A stretch of DNA of 59,080 nt from positions 1-59,080 of the IMG/VR virus record IMGVR_UViG_3300031965_000032. One strand, 5' to 3'. Below, piece after piece: positions 35,381 through 44,351 of this stretch. The stretch comes from a virus. Its lineage: Duplodnaviria > Caudoviricetes. The first letter of the stretch is position 1. Each line of letters starts with the position of its first letter. The notes under the pieces were generated by a model that saw only the letters and a program-made list of their open reading frames with translations, was not told the DNA's origin and did not search any database. The translations under genes and the position numbers were made by a program.

Positions 35381-37552
35381 CTAGAAAACGAGGTCATCGC
35401 CACCAAGCAACTCTTGGTTCGGCGCCTCAGCTGCCGGCTCGCCTCTGGTTTCCCCATCCCCAAACTGAACCCCGGCAATCGAGCGGCCCGGAACCAGCCA
35501 AACATAGGGGTTGATCCTGCCGATGATGCGAAGCCGGAGGAATTGGTCACTGGCGTCGCGCAGCCGCTTGTTGATGGTGTTGTCCGCGGCATCGTCGCCG
35601 CTCCGGCCCAGATAGACCTCCTTCCATTTTTTCGCATTAACGACCGTCACGATCGACCGCGGGAGTCTCAGGTGATCCGGCGTAGGCTCGCCATGATCGG
35701 CCATCGCATCCTTCAGTGATTGCAGAATCACCGTGCGCTGATCCGACAGCCTGATGGTTTGGACGCCCCGGCCGCTCGACCTTGCCAGATGGCGATCACC
35801 GGCCGGAATCGTAACGCACGACGTGATCGGCTTATCGTCAAAGGCGCGGCGTCCTACCTCGACCACAAACAATTCGAACCTGATCTCCTTGCCGTCCTCC
35901 CCATCCTTCTGCTTGTCGAGCATTGCGGTACAAATTTTCGTTCGTTCGTCTTTGGTGACAAGAATGGCCTGATCGAGATTGGCATAGACCGACGAGTGGC
36001 CGCGGAGCCTCGTACCGGCTGCGTTGAAATGGTGAACAAGGCAGACATGGCAGCGCGGGAATGCCTCCGAAATCCGATCGATGTTGCCCATCACAATCGA
36101 CATATCCTTGCCGGAGTTTTCGTCCGCAGCCCCTTGGGCCTTCGCCAATGTGTCGATGAACAGCGCCCGCAGCGGCACGTCGTAGTGCCGCGCAATGCCC
36201 TCGATCTCCCCGATGAGGGCCGGCGTATCGCCGTCTGGACGGTAAATATCGATCTTCGATTGAAGAATGAATATCGGAATCCTGGTCCCAGGTGTGATCC
36301 GGTTGTACTGCCGCCATGCACGGAATCGCTTCTTGATTCCATTCGCGCCCTCGCCTGCCTGATAGATAACAAGACCAGGCGTCAATACCTTGCTGCCAAA
36401 AAACGGTGTTGCTGTTGCGATGCAGCCAGTCGCCTCGACTGCTAAGAACGACTTGCCAGACCTCGACGCACCGCCGATCACAGACTTGTCGCCAACAGTC
36501 ATCCAATCGTCGATCAGGTATTCGTGCTCCGGCCCCGGCTCATCCAGCCGCTCGAACGGGATGCCGCGGAAGCGCGAGACGAACGGTGGTTCCCGCCACT
36601 CCGGCAACTTGTCGGCGATCTCGCGGAGCTCTTCGGCAGAACCTTCGCGGTCTCGCTTCCAGTCCGTCACGTCGGCGCCCTTCGGGGCGCTGGGCCATAC
36701 CGCAGCGAAGTCTAGGATACGGGTTCGGCGGGCAATGCCGCGCAAGCTCGCAGCTATTGTTTCACCGCGCTGCCGGCCAGGATCGTCGTTGTCGATCGGG
36801 ATAACTACGTCGAGGCCACGGAACAACTCGGCAAAACTGGCGGACCAGTTCTTCGCCCCGCCCGAATTTGTGACCGCGACAAACCCCATGCCGCGTAGGG
36901 TGTCGACCTTGCCTTCGCCTTCCGGGATAAAGGTCAGGTCGTCGGCAGATTTCAACTCCCTGAATTCGACGAGCGGATAGAGACCGTGATCGACTCCTTC
37001 AAGGTTCCAGACAAAGCCGTCCCGATCTATCTTTGTCTTGTCGTCATCGCCGCGTGCAGGCCGGCGTTGGCGAAACGTCTTCTTCGGCTTACCGTTATCG
37101 CCGATCTCCCACGATCCATCTGGCAGGCGGAACTGCATCCGTAGGACCTGATAGAGAAGCGTCCCGTCAGGCGCGGTGTAGTCCCAGGTCGCTACGACCT
37201 CGCGTTTGGCCTGCACGTCATTGTCGACGGTGCTTGCTTTGCGAGGCTCCTGGCGTGCCGGTTTGCTGGCGCCGTTCGTCTGCGGCATCGCGACGCCGGC
37301 GATGCTAGCGCACCGCTCCACCGCCTCGGGGAACGACAGGCCTTCCCTCTCCTGGAACCAGTCGAAGATGTCGCCACCCTTGCCTACACTATGGTCCCAC
37401 CAGAGCGATTTTGCTGGGGAAATGGTCAAAGAGTGATCGTCGATGGCGCGAAATTCGGCACCTTCCTTGCGCAACTTGTGTCGCTGACCGACGACCGTAG
37501 ACACCGGCACGCGGTCGCGCAATTCGGCGAGGAAGGATTCCGAGAACGCCAC
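35381..37552 (-). CDS. Primase-helicase (DnaG-type N-terminal domain, TOPRIM, RepA/AAA_25 helicase)
   Basis: FSESFLAELRDRV, PEGEGKVD, DNDDPG, GASRSGKS (Walker A), FIDTL, VHH...LRGHSS. Confidence 0.92.
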   Translation of the reverse strand: MAFSESFLAELRDRVPVSTVVGQRHKLRKEGAEFRAIDDHSLTISPAKSLWWDHSVGKGGDIFDWFQEREGLSFPEAVERCASIAGVAMPQTNGASKPARQEPRKASTVDNDVQAKREVVATWDYTAPDGTLLYQVLRMQFRLPDGSWEIGDNGKPKKTFRQRRPARGDDDKTKIDRDGFVWNLEGVDHGLYPLVEFRELKSADDLTFIPEGEGKVDTLRGMGFVAVTNSGGAKNWSASFAELFRGLDVVIPIDNDDPGRQRGETIAASLRGIARRTRILDFAAVWPSAPKGADVTDWKRDREGSAEELREIADKLPEWREPPFVSRFRGIPFERLDEPGPEHEYLIDDWMTVGDKSVIGGASRSGKSFLAVEATGCIATATPFFGSKVLTPGLVIYQAGEGANGIKKRFRAWRQYNRITPGTRIPIFILQSKIDIYRPDGDTPALIGEIEGIARHYDVPLRALFIDTLAKAQGAADENSGKDMSIVMGNIDRISEAFPRCHVCLVHHFNAAGTRLRGHSSVYANLDQAILVTKDERTKICTAMLDKQKDGEDGKEIRFELFVVEVGRRAFDDKPITSCVTIPAGDRHLARSSGRGVQTIRLSDQRTVILQSLKDAMADHGEPTPDHLRLPRSIVTVVNAKKWKEVYLGRSGDDAADNTINKRLRDASDQFLRLRIIGRINPYVWLVPGRSIAGVQFGDGETRGEPAAEAPNQELLGGDDLVF

Positions 37553-37561
37553 GATCTCACC

Positions 37562-37768
37562 TCACCGTTCCTGTAGCGCAGCAACGAGATAATCCGCCGC
37601 GACAACCGCAGGCTCGCGCACCAGCTCATACCCGTGGCGATCACAAACGGACTCGACGGTGCCCCTGGTGCAGCCGAGCAGGTCCGCAATCTGCGTCGCC
37701 GTCTTGCCACCTCGCGCGAGCAAGCGAATTTGGCGGAGAGACTCAGGCGTGAGGCGGAAGGAGGTCAT
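37562..37768 (-). CDS. Small HTH protein
   Basis: GKTATQIADLLGCTRGTV. Confidence 0.65.
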   Translation of the reverse strand: MTSFRLTPESLRQIRLLARGGKTATQIADLLGCTRGTVESVCDRHGYELVREPAVVAADYLVAALQER

Positions 37769-38151
37769 GCGGCACCATCCCGCCCGGCGATCGGCGCGGC
37801 CACAAGCCTGTAGCCGTAGTCGTGCCCGCTGATCGAATCGATCCTCAGCCCAACGGCGCGCAACTTCTTGCGCAGCCACCACATCTGCGTGCGGACATGG
37901 TTCCAATTCCCCGGCCCCCCGGTCGGATCGCCGGAAAAGATGCGCGCATACAACGCTTCCGGCGTCAGCCTCCGCCCGGACTGGCGCGCCTTCCACAGTT
38001 CGTCGAAGATTTGCGCTTCGCCCTGCGTCAGCTCGACCACATGGCCGCAGCCGACCAGCAGCCGCGCATCGAGTATCCATGCGTGCGCCAAGCCGGCGAT
38101 CGGCCCGCCACAGCACGGGCAGTGGTCGCTGATCAACAGACGGCGCGTCAT
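37765..38151 (-). CDS. OmpR/PhoB-type winged-helix DNA-binding protein
   Basis: VELTQGEAQIF...VRTQMWWLRKKL...GYRL; N-terminal CPCCG. Confidence 0.8.
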   Translation of the reverse strand: MTRRLLISDHCPCCGGPIAGLAHAWILDARLLVGCGHVVELTQGEAQIFDELWKARQSGRRLTPEALYARIFSGDPTGGPGNWNHVRTQMWWLRKKLRAVGLRIDSISGHDYGYRLVAAPIAGRDGAA

Positions 38152-39650
38152 GACGCCGGCTCCGCCGCGTTATCTTCCTCCGGCCATCCCGGCCCACCGG
38201 CAGCGACGCGCGCCTTGACCGCGCCGTAGCAGTCGTTGAGGCTGCCAGCGAGATCGGCGGCGGGGTCGTATTCGAACTGAAACAGAGGACCACTATCGAC
38301 CGGCTTGTCGCGATTGCGCGCCTTTATGCTTTCGCGCGCCCGCTCGTCAGGCCCGGCGAGCAGCAGGCGCATGCGCCTGCGTATGTCACCAATATACTCT
38401 TCCTCCCGCTCGATCAGCACCGCGCGCATGCCCTCGCGGAATGCGGCTTCGCCCGCCGTGCCGGAACCGGCAAAGCAGTCCAACACGGTCCCGCCCGGCG
38501 GGGTCACCAGGCGAATGAGGTACTGGATCAGGTCGAGCGGTTTGATACAGGGATGCTTGGAACCGATGCGGTCGTGCGCGTCGGCCTTGGCCTGATAGAA
38601 AAAGCGGGCGGCTGATCCGGAGTCGCCTTCACGATTACACGGCGTTTGCGGTTCAAAAGTATTGCCACGCAGCCCCGCCTTCGTGACACCCCCGCCGCCC
38701 GATCCGCTTTGCGTCTCCGGAAACAGCCCCACCACCTCTTCGCTGCCATCCAAAATTACGTTGGCAGGCCAGCGCGACGATGCGCTGGGAAATTCTGCGG
38801 CCGGGAGACCCTTGCCATTCCCGTAAATCTGCCCTGGCTCGCCCCTTACGTTTCCTCGCGCGTGCGTTGATCTCGGCTCGGTTGGAACTCTGCACCCATC
38901 CACATTCAGCGCGCCGGTTCCCCACTTGAGAATATTTTGCGTTCCGTTGAGTCCTTTTTCGAACGGCTTCTGGCCGACATAGATTGGTTCGATGGCGGGC
39001 TTTAGGGATTGAGTGCCGTAGTACCAGCCATCCCATTGGCGCGCGGCATCGGTTGCGGCTGCATCGTACCGGGTCGCTGCATCATTCTGACGTTCGCCAG
39101 CGCCGTTGGGATTCATCGCCCGTGGATTTGGTCGGCGCGGCTCAATTCCTGTTGCTTCCCGCTCTGCTCCCGCCGCCTTGTCGATAGATTTTGAAACGTT
39201 ACGAGCTTTGGGAAATCCTTGCCCCGTGATCCATGCGACTAACGGATGAGTGATGAAGCCGACATCCTCAATCGCACATGCCATCCGGTGATAAGTGCGC
39301 GAGGAAGAAAACGCGACGATGTAAGCGCCGGGCTTCAAGACGCGATAGACCTCGCGCCATACATCGGGGCGGAAGGCAATGTCGCCGCCATCCCACGCCT
39401 TGCCCATGAAGCCGGCAGACGCGCGAGCATAGGCGCCGGTTGCGCCGTTCGATTTTGCCGGCGCCGCATTTTCCGCGCCGAACCGTTTTACTATGCTCGT
39501 CAGGTGATACGGTGCGTCAGTCACGCACGAGTCGAGACTGTTTTCCGCCAGTGCGGGGAGCACAGCGAGACAATCGCCAGGGTACAGCGTAATGCCGCCG
39601 ACAAAATCGTCGCGTTCCATCGGCGGCACTGTACCGCTGGCGTCCATCAT
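38148..39650 (-). CDS. DNA methyltransferase (N4/N6, beta class)
   Basis: GDCLAVL, VTDAPYHL (motif IV variant), GQGFPK, HPCIKP, VLDCFAGSGT. Confidence 0.9.
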   Translation of the reverse strand: MMDASGTVPPMERDDFVGGITLYPGDCLAVLPALAENSLDSCVTDAPYHLTSIVKRFGAENAAPAKSNGATGAYARASAGFMGKAWDGGDIAFRPDVWREVYRVLKPGAYIVAFSSSRTYHRMACAIEDVGFITHPLVAWITGQGFPKARNVSKSIDKAAGAEREATGIEPRRPNPRAMNPNGAGERQNDAATRYDAAATDAARQWDGWYYGTQSLKPAIEPIYVGQKPFEKGLNGTQNILKWGTGALNVDGCRVPTEPRSTHARGNVRGEPGQIYGNGKGLPAAEFPSASSRWPANVILDGSEEVVGLFPETQSGSGGGGVTKAGLRGNTFEPQTPCNREGDSGSAARFFYQAKADAHDRIGSKHPCIKPLDLIQYLIRLVTPPGGTVLDCFAGSGTAGEAAFREGMRAVLIEREEEYIGDIRRRMRLLLAGPDERARESIKARNRDKPVDSGPLFQFEYDPAADLAGSLNDCYGAVKARVAAGGPGWPEEDNAAEPAS

Positions 39651-40210
39651 TCTTGCACCGCAGGCTTGGGGCGCTCGATGAACAGGTCGATTTGAGGGCG
39701 CCAACTTTCCCAAGCGCGCCCAACGGCTCCGCTACCGGGAAAGAGATCATGAAATTCATCGCCAGGATTTGCCCCAACGACCTCAAAGGCCCAATGACAT
39801 ACGTCTTCCGGCTTCGCCCCGGTGAAACCGCGCCGCATCGTCATCGGCGCTTCGATCCAATCCCGCTGTACGAACGCGCCGGAATAATTCTCAGCCATGC
39901 GGCGCATCGGCTTGAAGATGATCGGCTCCCACGCATAGGCGGGGCGCACGCCCTTTTTGAATGCTGCAAAAGATTTCACCCACGCACCCCAACGCGCGCC
40001 AGCCGGCACCAATGGGGCAATGATGGGTATTGCAACGGAACTGGTGTGAAGCACCCACCCATCAAAATCGCGCTCAAGTCTTGCAATCAGCTCGGCGTGG
40101 TCAACCTCCCCGGCATAGTCCGGGTGATCTTTGTACAGGTGCGCGTTGCCCGGATAGGGCGGGTCCGCATAACCGAGGCGCAGCGCAAGCTGTTCGGTGT
40201 GGATGGTCAT
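39647..40210 (-). CDS. Small DNA methyltransferase
   Basis: YADPPYPG and DLFPGSG motifs. Confidence 0.8.
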   Translation of the reverse strand: MTIHTEQLALRLGYADPPYPGNAHLYKDHPDYAGEVDHAELIARLERDFDGWVLHTSSVAIPIIAPLVPAGARWGAWVKSFAAFKKGVRPAYAWEPIIFKPMRRMAENYSGAFVQRDWIEAPMTMRRGFTGAKPEDVCHWAFEVVGANPGDEFHDLFPGSGAVGRAWESWRPQIDLFIERPKPAVQE

Positions 40211-40851
40211 TCCCGCTGCTCCAGCATGTCGAGCAACTTCCCGATCGGCGATGACGGGCTGCCGTCTCCGTTCCTGGTCACGGCCCCGCGCAACGTCTCG
40301 ATCGGGACACCGTGTTGCAGGCCGATGCTCACCGCGATCGCGGCGTCGCGCGCATTGGCGTCGGCCCCGCTGCCGATCTTCGAGCAATTCAAAAAGACCT
40401 CGCAGACCTCACCCTTGCTGCCGCGACCGACTGTTGCCGTGTAACGCATCGGTTTCACGCTGGCGTCGATAGCGTGCTGGAAATCGAACGTCTCGGCTGG
40501 GCGGCGGTTGGGGAGAACGGCGCGTACGGTCAATGCGATCCCAAGCCCGGCCGGCGTCTCGGGTGCGGTGAAGCGGCGCCGGATGTCTTGCCAGATCGCT
40601 TCCCCGCGCTTCCGCATGCTGTCGTGAATTCGATCGACGACATGCGCCGCGATCGACTGGCGAGCAACGCGCTTCGACACGAGCCGTAACATCCGCCGCT
40701 CGCCGCGGTGGAACTTGCGATATCGCTCGCGCAACGCATCCGGCAGCGCTCGAAAGCACTTGCCGCAGATGATCTCCGCGCCAGGCCCATACTTTGCGCC
40801 CCCGGTGCGGCGGCAGCGCGGATTGATGCACGGGATGCGGTCGCCGCTCAT
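40207..40851 (-). CDS. Fusion of a Cys-rich hypothetical domain and a TSCPD/NrdJ C-terminal-like domain
   Basis: N-terminal IPCINPRCRRT...ICGKC; C-terminal LPNRRPAETF...EVFL...SIGLQHGVP. Confidence 0.65.
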   Translation of the reverse strand: MSGDRIPCINPRCRRTGGAKYGPGAEIICGKCFRALPDALRERYRKFHRGERRMLRLVSKRVARQSIAAHVVDRIHDSMRKRGEAIWQDIRRRFTAPETPAGLGIALTVRAVLPNRRPAETFDFQHAIDASVKPMRYTATVGRGSKGEVCEVFLNCSKIGSGADANARDAAIAVSIGLQHGVPIETLRGAVTRNGDGSPSSPIGKLLDMLEQRE

Positions 40852-41030
40852 ACCCGCCTCCCGATCACTGATCTGATCTTCCCAGGCCGCGCCACGACAT
40901 CCTCGATCAGCTTCTTGCTCAGCGCAGCTTTCGATAGGCCGTGACGGTGCGCGATGCGAGACACGCCGCGTTTATCGCCGCAATTCCAGGCGACCTTCGA
41001 TGGAATGTGAGTGCCGTTGCGGTGCGTCAC
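40848..41030 (-). CDS. Small hypothetical protein
   Basis: Coupled by overlapping stop/start codons on both sides. Confidence 0.45.
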   Translation of the reverse strand: MTHRNGTHIPSKVAWNCGDKRGVSRIAHRHGLSKAALSKKLIEDVVARPGKIRSVIGRRV

Positions 41031-41329
41031 GCCGCGCTCCGCTCTCGTTGCCGTGCCCGTTCCCGTGGGCTCACGTAGTTCCGTGCGATCAGCAGGCGGA
41101 TGACTTCCTCGTGCTCGACCATCGCGCGGAAGACGGCGTTCGCTTCCGCCAACAGCATCGCGCGGCGCCGATGCGCGGCAACGATCCGCCGCCCAACCTC
41201 GCGCAGGTTCAGCTGAGCCTCTAGGACTTCCAGCCCTTCGTTGTCGTATGCTTTCTCGCGCGCATGCTCGAACAGCGCCACGGCGATCTCGGCGAAGTTG
41301 AAAGCGGGCTCATCGCGATTGATCTTCAT
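41027..41329 (-). CDS. Hypothetical protein
   Basis: 100 aa, coupled in the operon. Confidence 0.6.
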   Translation of the reverse strand: MKINRDEPAFNFAEIAVALFEHAREKAYDNEGLEVLEAQLNLREVGRRIVAAHRRRAMLLAEANAVFRAMVEHEEVIRLLIARNYVSPRERARQRERSAA

Positions 41330-41846
41330 CCCGCAGCCCTTCCCTGTTCAATTCCCGACGAAGGCCATCCAATTCTTCACCGAAATTCTCTTGCGTCTCG
41401 ATCCATCCGGTTACGCGCCGTATCGAATTAAGGACGGTGGTGTGGTCGCGCCCGCCAAACCGGCGGCCGATTTCAGGCAAGGATCGGCGAGTGAGTTCCC
41501 TGCACAAAAACATTGCGATGTGACGCGCTCTCACCACGTCCAGAGTCCGGCGATGAGACAAAAGATCGGCGCGGCTGAAATTGTACTTACGCGCCACCAC
41601 GCACTGAATGTCTTCAACCGTTGTCCGGATCGTCAATGGTCGACGCTTTACGGGGGCGTCATCGGGGATGCTATCTGGCGAAACGGTTACCAATAGCGGC
41701 ACCGCATCGACCGTTGGCTCCGTCTCCGGCTTCAGCTCCCGCTTCGGCCTCCGGCGAAGATCAATCCCATCATCCGGAACAGCCATGGCATCCCATTTGG
41801 CGCGGACGGCAACATGCCTTTGATGCAGTTCGTCGATCAGCGCCAT
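41310..41846 (-). CDS. DnaA C-terminal (domain IV) HTH protein
   Basis: VVRARHIAMFLCRELTRRSLPEIGRRFGGRDHTTVL signature. Confidence 0.9.
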   Translation of the reverse strand: MALIDELHQRHVAVRAKWDAMAVPDDGIDLRRRPKRELKPETEPTVDAVPLLVTVSPDSIPDDAPVKRRPLTIRTTVEDIQCVVARKYNFSRADLLSHRRTLDVVRARHIAMFLCRELTRRSLPEIGRRFGGRDHTTVLNSIRRVTGWIETQENFGEELDGLRRELNREGLRDEDQSR

Positions 41847-42421
41847 CAGGCCCGCCCCTCTTGGCCGAAAAACGCGAACGCTGTTGCGTGTTTTCTGGCA
41901 AGATGCGCGCTCGCCCAATCGTGAGTCGCCAAGGCATCGGCCCTGTTGTCATCGTTGGTGTCGCGCGACATCAATCCGAGCAGATGGCAGCGGTTGACCA
42001 CCGCAGCTTTCGTTTCCTCGCGCGTCCCTAAACGACCGATTCCCAGGAAATGCTTTCGGATCACGGAGTCGGTCGGGTCGCGGCCCGTCTCGGGGTTCAG
42101 GCCGATCGTCACGCCGAAACGAACCGCCAGCCCCTCGACGACGGCGTGCAGCCCGAATTGCAGGCGCACTTGCGCTTCCGACATGCCGAGTGTCTTGAAG
42201 GCTTCAAGCGTGAGGCTGGACTCCTTCACGACCAATGCGGGGCGCACGATCGCCCACTCGCGTGCCAGGAACGCGATCAGGTTTGCGAACGCGACGGCGC
42301 GGCCCTCATTAGGTTTCTTCAGGATCACAGAGCCGGACGACGGAACCTCACCAGGCGGGCCGTAGGCCCATCCCGATCTGGTTGCGAGGTCCAAGCCCCA
42401 TATGATCCCGAAGCCGGACAT
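41846..42421 (-). CDS. RuvC-like Holliday junction resolvase
   Basis: IWGLDLATRSGW, LVVKE, DDNRADALA. Confidence 0.8.
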   Translation of the reverse strand: MSGFGIIWGLDLATRSGWAYGPPGEVPSSGSVILKKPNEGRAVAFANLIAFLAREWAIVRPALVVKESSLTLEAFKTLGMSEAQVRLQFGLHAVVEGLAVRFGVTIGLNPETGRDPTDSVIRKHFLGIGRLGTREETKAAVVNRCHLLGLMSRDTNDDNRADALATHDWASAHLARKHATAFAFFGQEGRA

Positions 42422-42427
42422 CGCGCC

Positions 42428-43024
42428 TCACGCGACTACTGTGTGCGTCGGCGCCGCATCGCCAAGGTTCAGCCCGCGCTCGGGCATCCCGATCGGCTCG
42501 GCCTCCGTCGTCTTGATGCCCTTCGCGAGTACCGCCTGCCCTTCATGGAATCCGGTCATGTAGGACTTGTACTGCGGCACCGATGCATCGCATTCCGGCC
42601 GACACGGGTTTCCGGCAAGTCCGTCCCGCTTGCCGTCCGCGTATTTCTTGTCGACGGCCGGCATGAGGTCGGCATCGCCGAACAGTTCGGTCTGCACGCC
42701 AACGCCATTCCAGGCGGCGACTTCCATTTCTTCCTGGATGCGCGCCTTGAACGCGGCTTCGCCTTCCGGTGTTCGCAACGCGATGGTGATCTGAACTTTG
42801 GCGACTGAATCGCCCTCGGCTTTGATCCTCTTGCCGACGTTCTTGATATCGGCATCGGCCTTCTTCTTCGCCGCCAAGACTACCTCGTAGTCGCGCACAT
42901 GCTCCCAGTGCAGCGCTTGGCGTTCATCGTCGCTCAGGGCGCTGTTGTGGCCGGGTGTGGCGCCGGATGGCGCGCTACCACTCTCCGCCTTTGCCGTCTT
43001 GGACGGCCTTCCTCGCTTCGCCAT
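42428..43024 (-). CDS. Hypothetical protein with GapR-like nucleoid-binding segment
   Basis: GHNS...KKKADADIKNVGKRIKAEG...IALR resembles the GapR/DUF2312 core; GGAGG SD before MAKRGRP. Confidence 0.5.
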   Translation of the reverse strand: MAKRGRPSKTAKAESGSAPSGATPGHNSALSDDERQALHWEHVRDYEVVLAAKKKADADIKNVGKRIKAEGDSVAKVQITIALRTPEGEAAFKARIQEEMEVAAWNGVGVQTELFGDADLMPAVDKKYADGKRDGLAGNPCRPECDASVPQYKSYMTGFHEGQAVLAKGIKTTEAEPIGMPERGLNLGDAAPTHTVVA

Positions 43025-43037
43025 TGTATCCTCCAGG

Positions 43038-43703
43038 TCAGAAGTTGCTTCCGTAGTCGACGCCTTGCACACCGCGCGCCATGTCCGCGTGTTCGTCGCA
43101 ATACGGTCGCCCTGCCGCATTGTTTGCGCCCGCACAGCCGCAGTATCGAAACGACGGCTCCCGTGGGTCGCCGAACGGCCAGCGGCAGGTTTCATTTTGC
43201 AGCTGCATCAGCGTGAGGCCGCCTTCGGGCGGTGCCTCGGCCGGCAGGTCGGTGATACCGTCACACGCGATGCCGGTATCTTCTTCCCGCGCCAGCCTGT
43301 TGACCCCGTTGTTCCGCTGCGGCTTGTCGCTGATCGGCGCTAGGCCCGGCAATGTGACGGTGGCAAGCTTCCGCTCGTTGCCCCCTGCCGTGAACCGCGC
43401 GTTATGTCGCGTCGTCATCCCGCGAAGCATCGAGCGGACCGGATCGGGTTTTGAAGGAACACCGCGCGGCACCTTCTGTCGCGCTGGCCGATCCCGTCGC
43501 GGGCTAGCTACCGATACCGACGGGCTCTTCACGCGGCCAACTAACTTCATGCGATGCAACTTGCCAATAACGGCGTTGCTGCTGAGACCGCAGCCCAACT
43601 CCTTCGCGATCTGCGAAAAACTGAGGCCGTCGGCGTATAGCCTCTTGAGTTCGGCAACGCGGTCTTTCGTCCATGGACTGTCAGCCGCTTTGCAATTTGG
43701 CAT
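43038..43703 (-). CDS. gcrA: GcrA-family cell cycle regulator homolog
   Basis: WTKDRVAELKRLYADGLSFSQIA...NAVIGKLHR and CRWPFGDP...FRYCG...PYCDEH. Confidence 0.92.
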   Translation of the reverse strand: MPNCKAADSPWTKDRVAELKRLYADGLSFSQIAKELGCGLSSNAVIGKLHRMKLVGRVKSPSVSVASPRRDRPARQKVPRGVPSKPDPVRSMLRGMTTRHNARFTAGGNERKLATVTLPGLAPISDKPQRNNGVNRLAREEDTGIACDGITDLPAEAPPEGGLTLMQLQNETCRWPFGDPREPSFRYCGCAGANNAAGRPYCDEHADMARGVQGVDYGSNF

Positions 43704-43732
43704 AGCAATTCTCTCCGTCGCGGCCGACTGAT

Positions 43733-44344
43733 TTACGCGCCAGCTCCGACTAACGATTTGTGGTTTCCATTGACGCGCACGTTGTTTCCTAACGGCTGTG
43801 CATTAAGCACAGCATCGACCGTCGCCATCGGGCGCAACTTGTCGTGCGCCCAGTAGACCATTCCTGAGCGTCCCCAATTGTCATGGCGATGGTTTTCATT
43901 GCCGATCAGATCGGCAAGCTTCCTCCCGAATAGCCCGGTCGGACATTTCGCCGGACACCCCAGCGCCACATCACGCGGGTCAGGTTGATCGCTCACATGA
44001 AGAAATAGGAGCCAAACATCGAGCCCAGTCTCGTCCTGGATTTTTTGGTAGTGTTCGTAGTGGCGAATGTCGATCCCAGTGCACCAGCGTTTTGTTTTCC
44101 GATGCCAAGAAAACACTGTCTTGTGTTTTGCTTCGCACCACATCGTCTCTCCGTTGCCAGCGAAGCAAAGAAGATCAGGAGAAACGTAGCTGCCCTTGCT
44201 GAAATAGCGCGGCCCGATGCCGTCCTTGTTCTCGATATCGTAGATCGTCAGCACACCATGCTCTCGCGACCTGAGCCAACGCGTAATCGCGCCTTCCGTC
44301 TTTCGACCGATGTCTAGTTGACGCTTGAACTCCAGTGAACTCAT
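43733..44344 (-). CDS. PD-(D/E)xK family nuclease
   Basis: GRKTE (motif I), SPDLL (motif II), WCEAKHK (motif III). Confidence 0.75.
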   Translation of the reverse strand: MSSLEFKRQLDIGRKTEGAITRWLRSREHGVLTIYDIENKDGIGPRYFSKGSYVSPDLLCFAGNGETMWCEAKHKTVFSWHRKTKRWCTGIDIRHYEHYQKIQDETGLDVWLLFLHVSDQPDPRDVALGCPAKCPTGLFGRKLADLIGNENHRHDNWGRSGMVYWAHDKLRPMATVDAVLNAQPLGNNVRVNGNHKSLVGAGA

Positions 44345-44351
44345 CTCAGCC

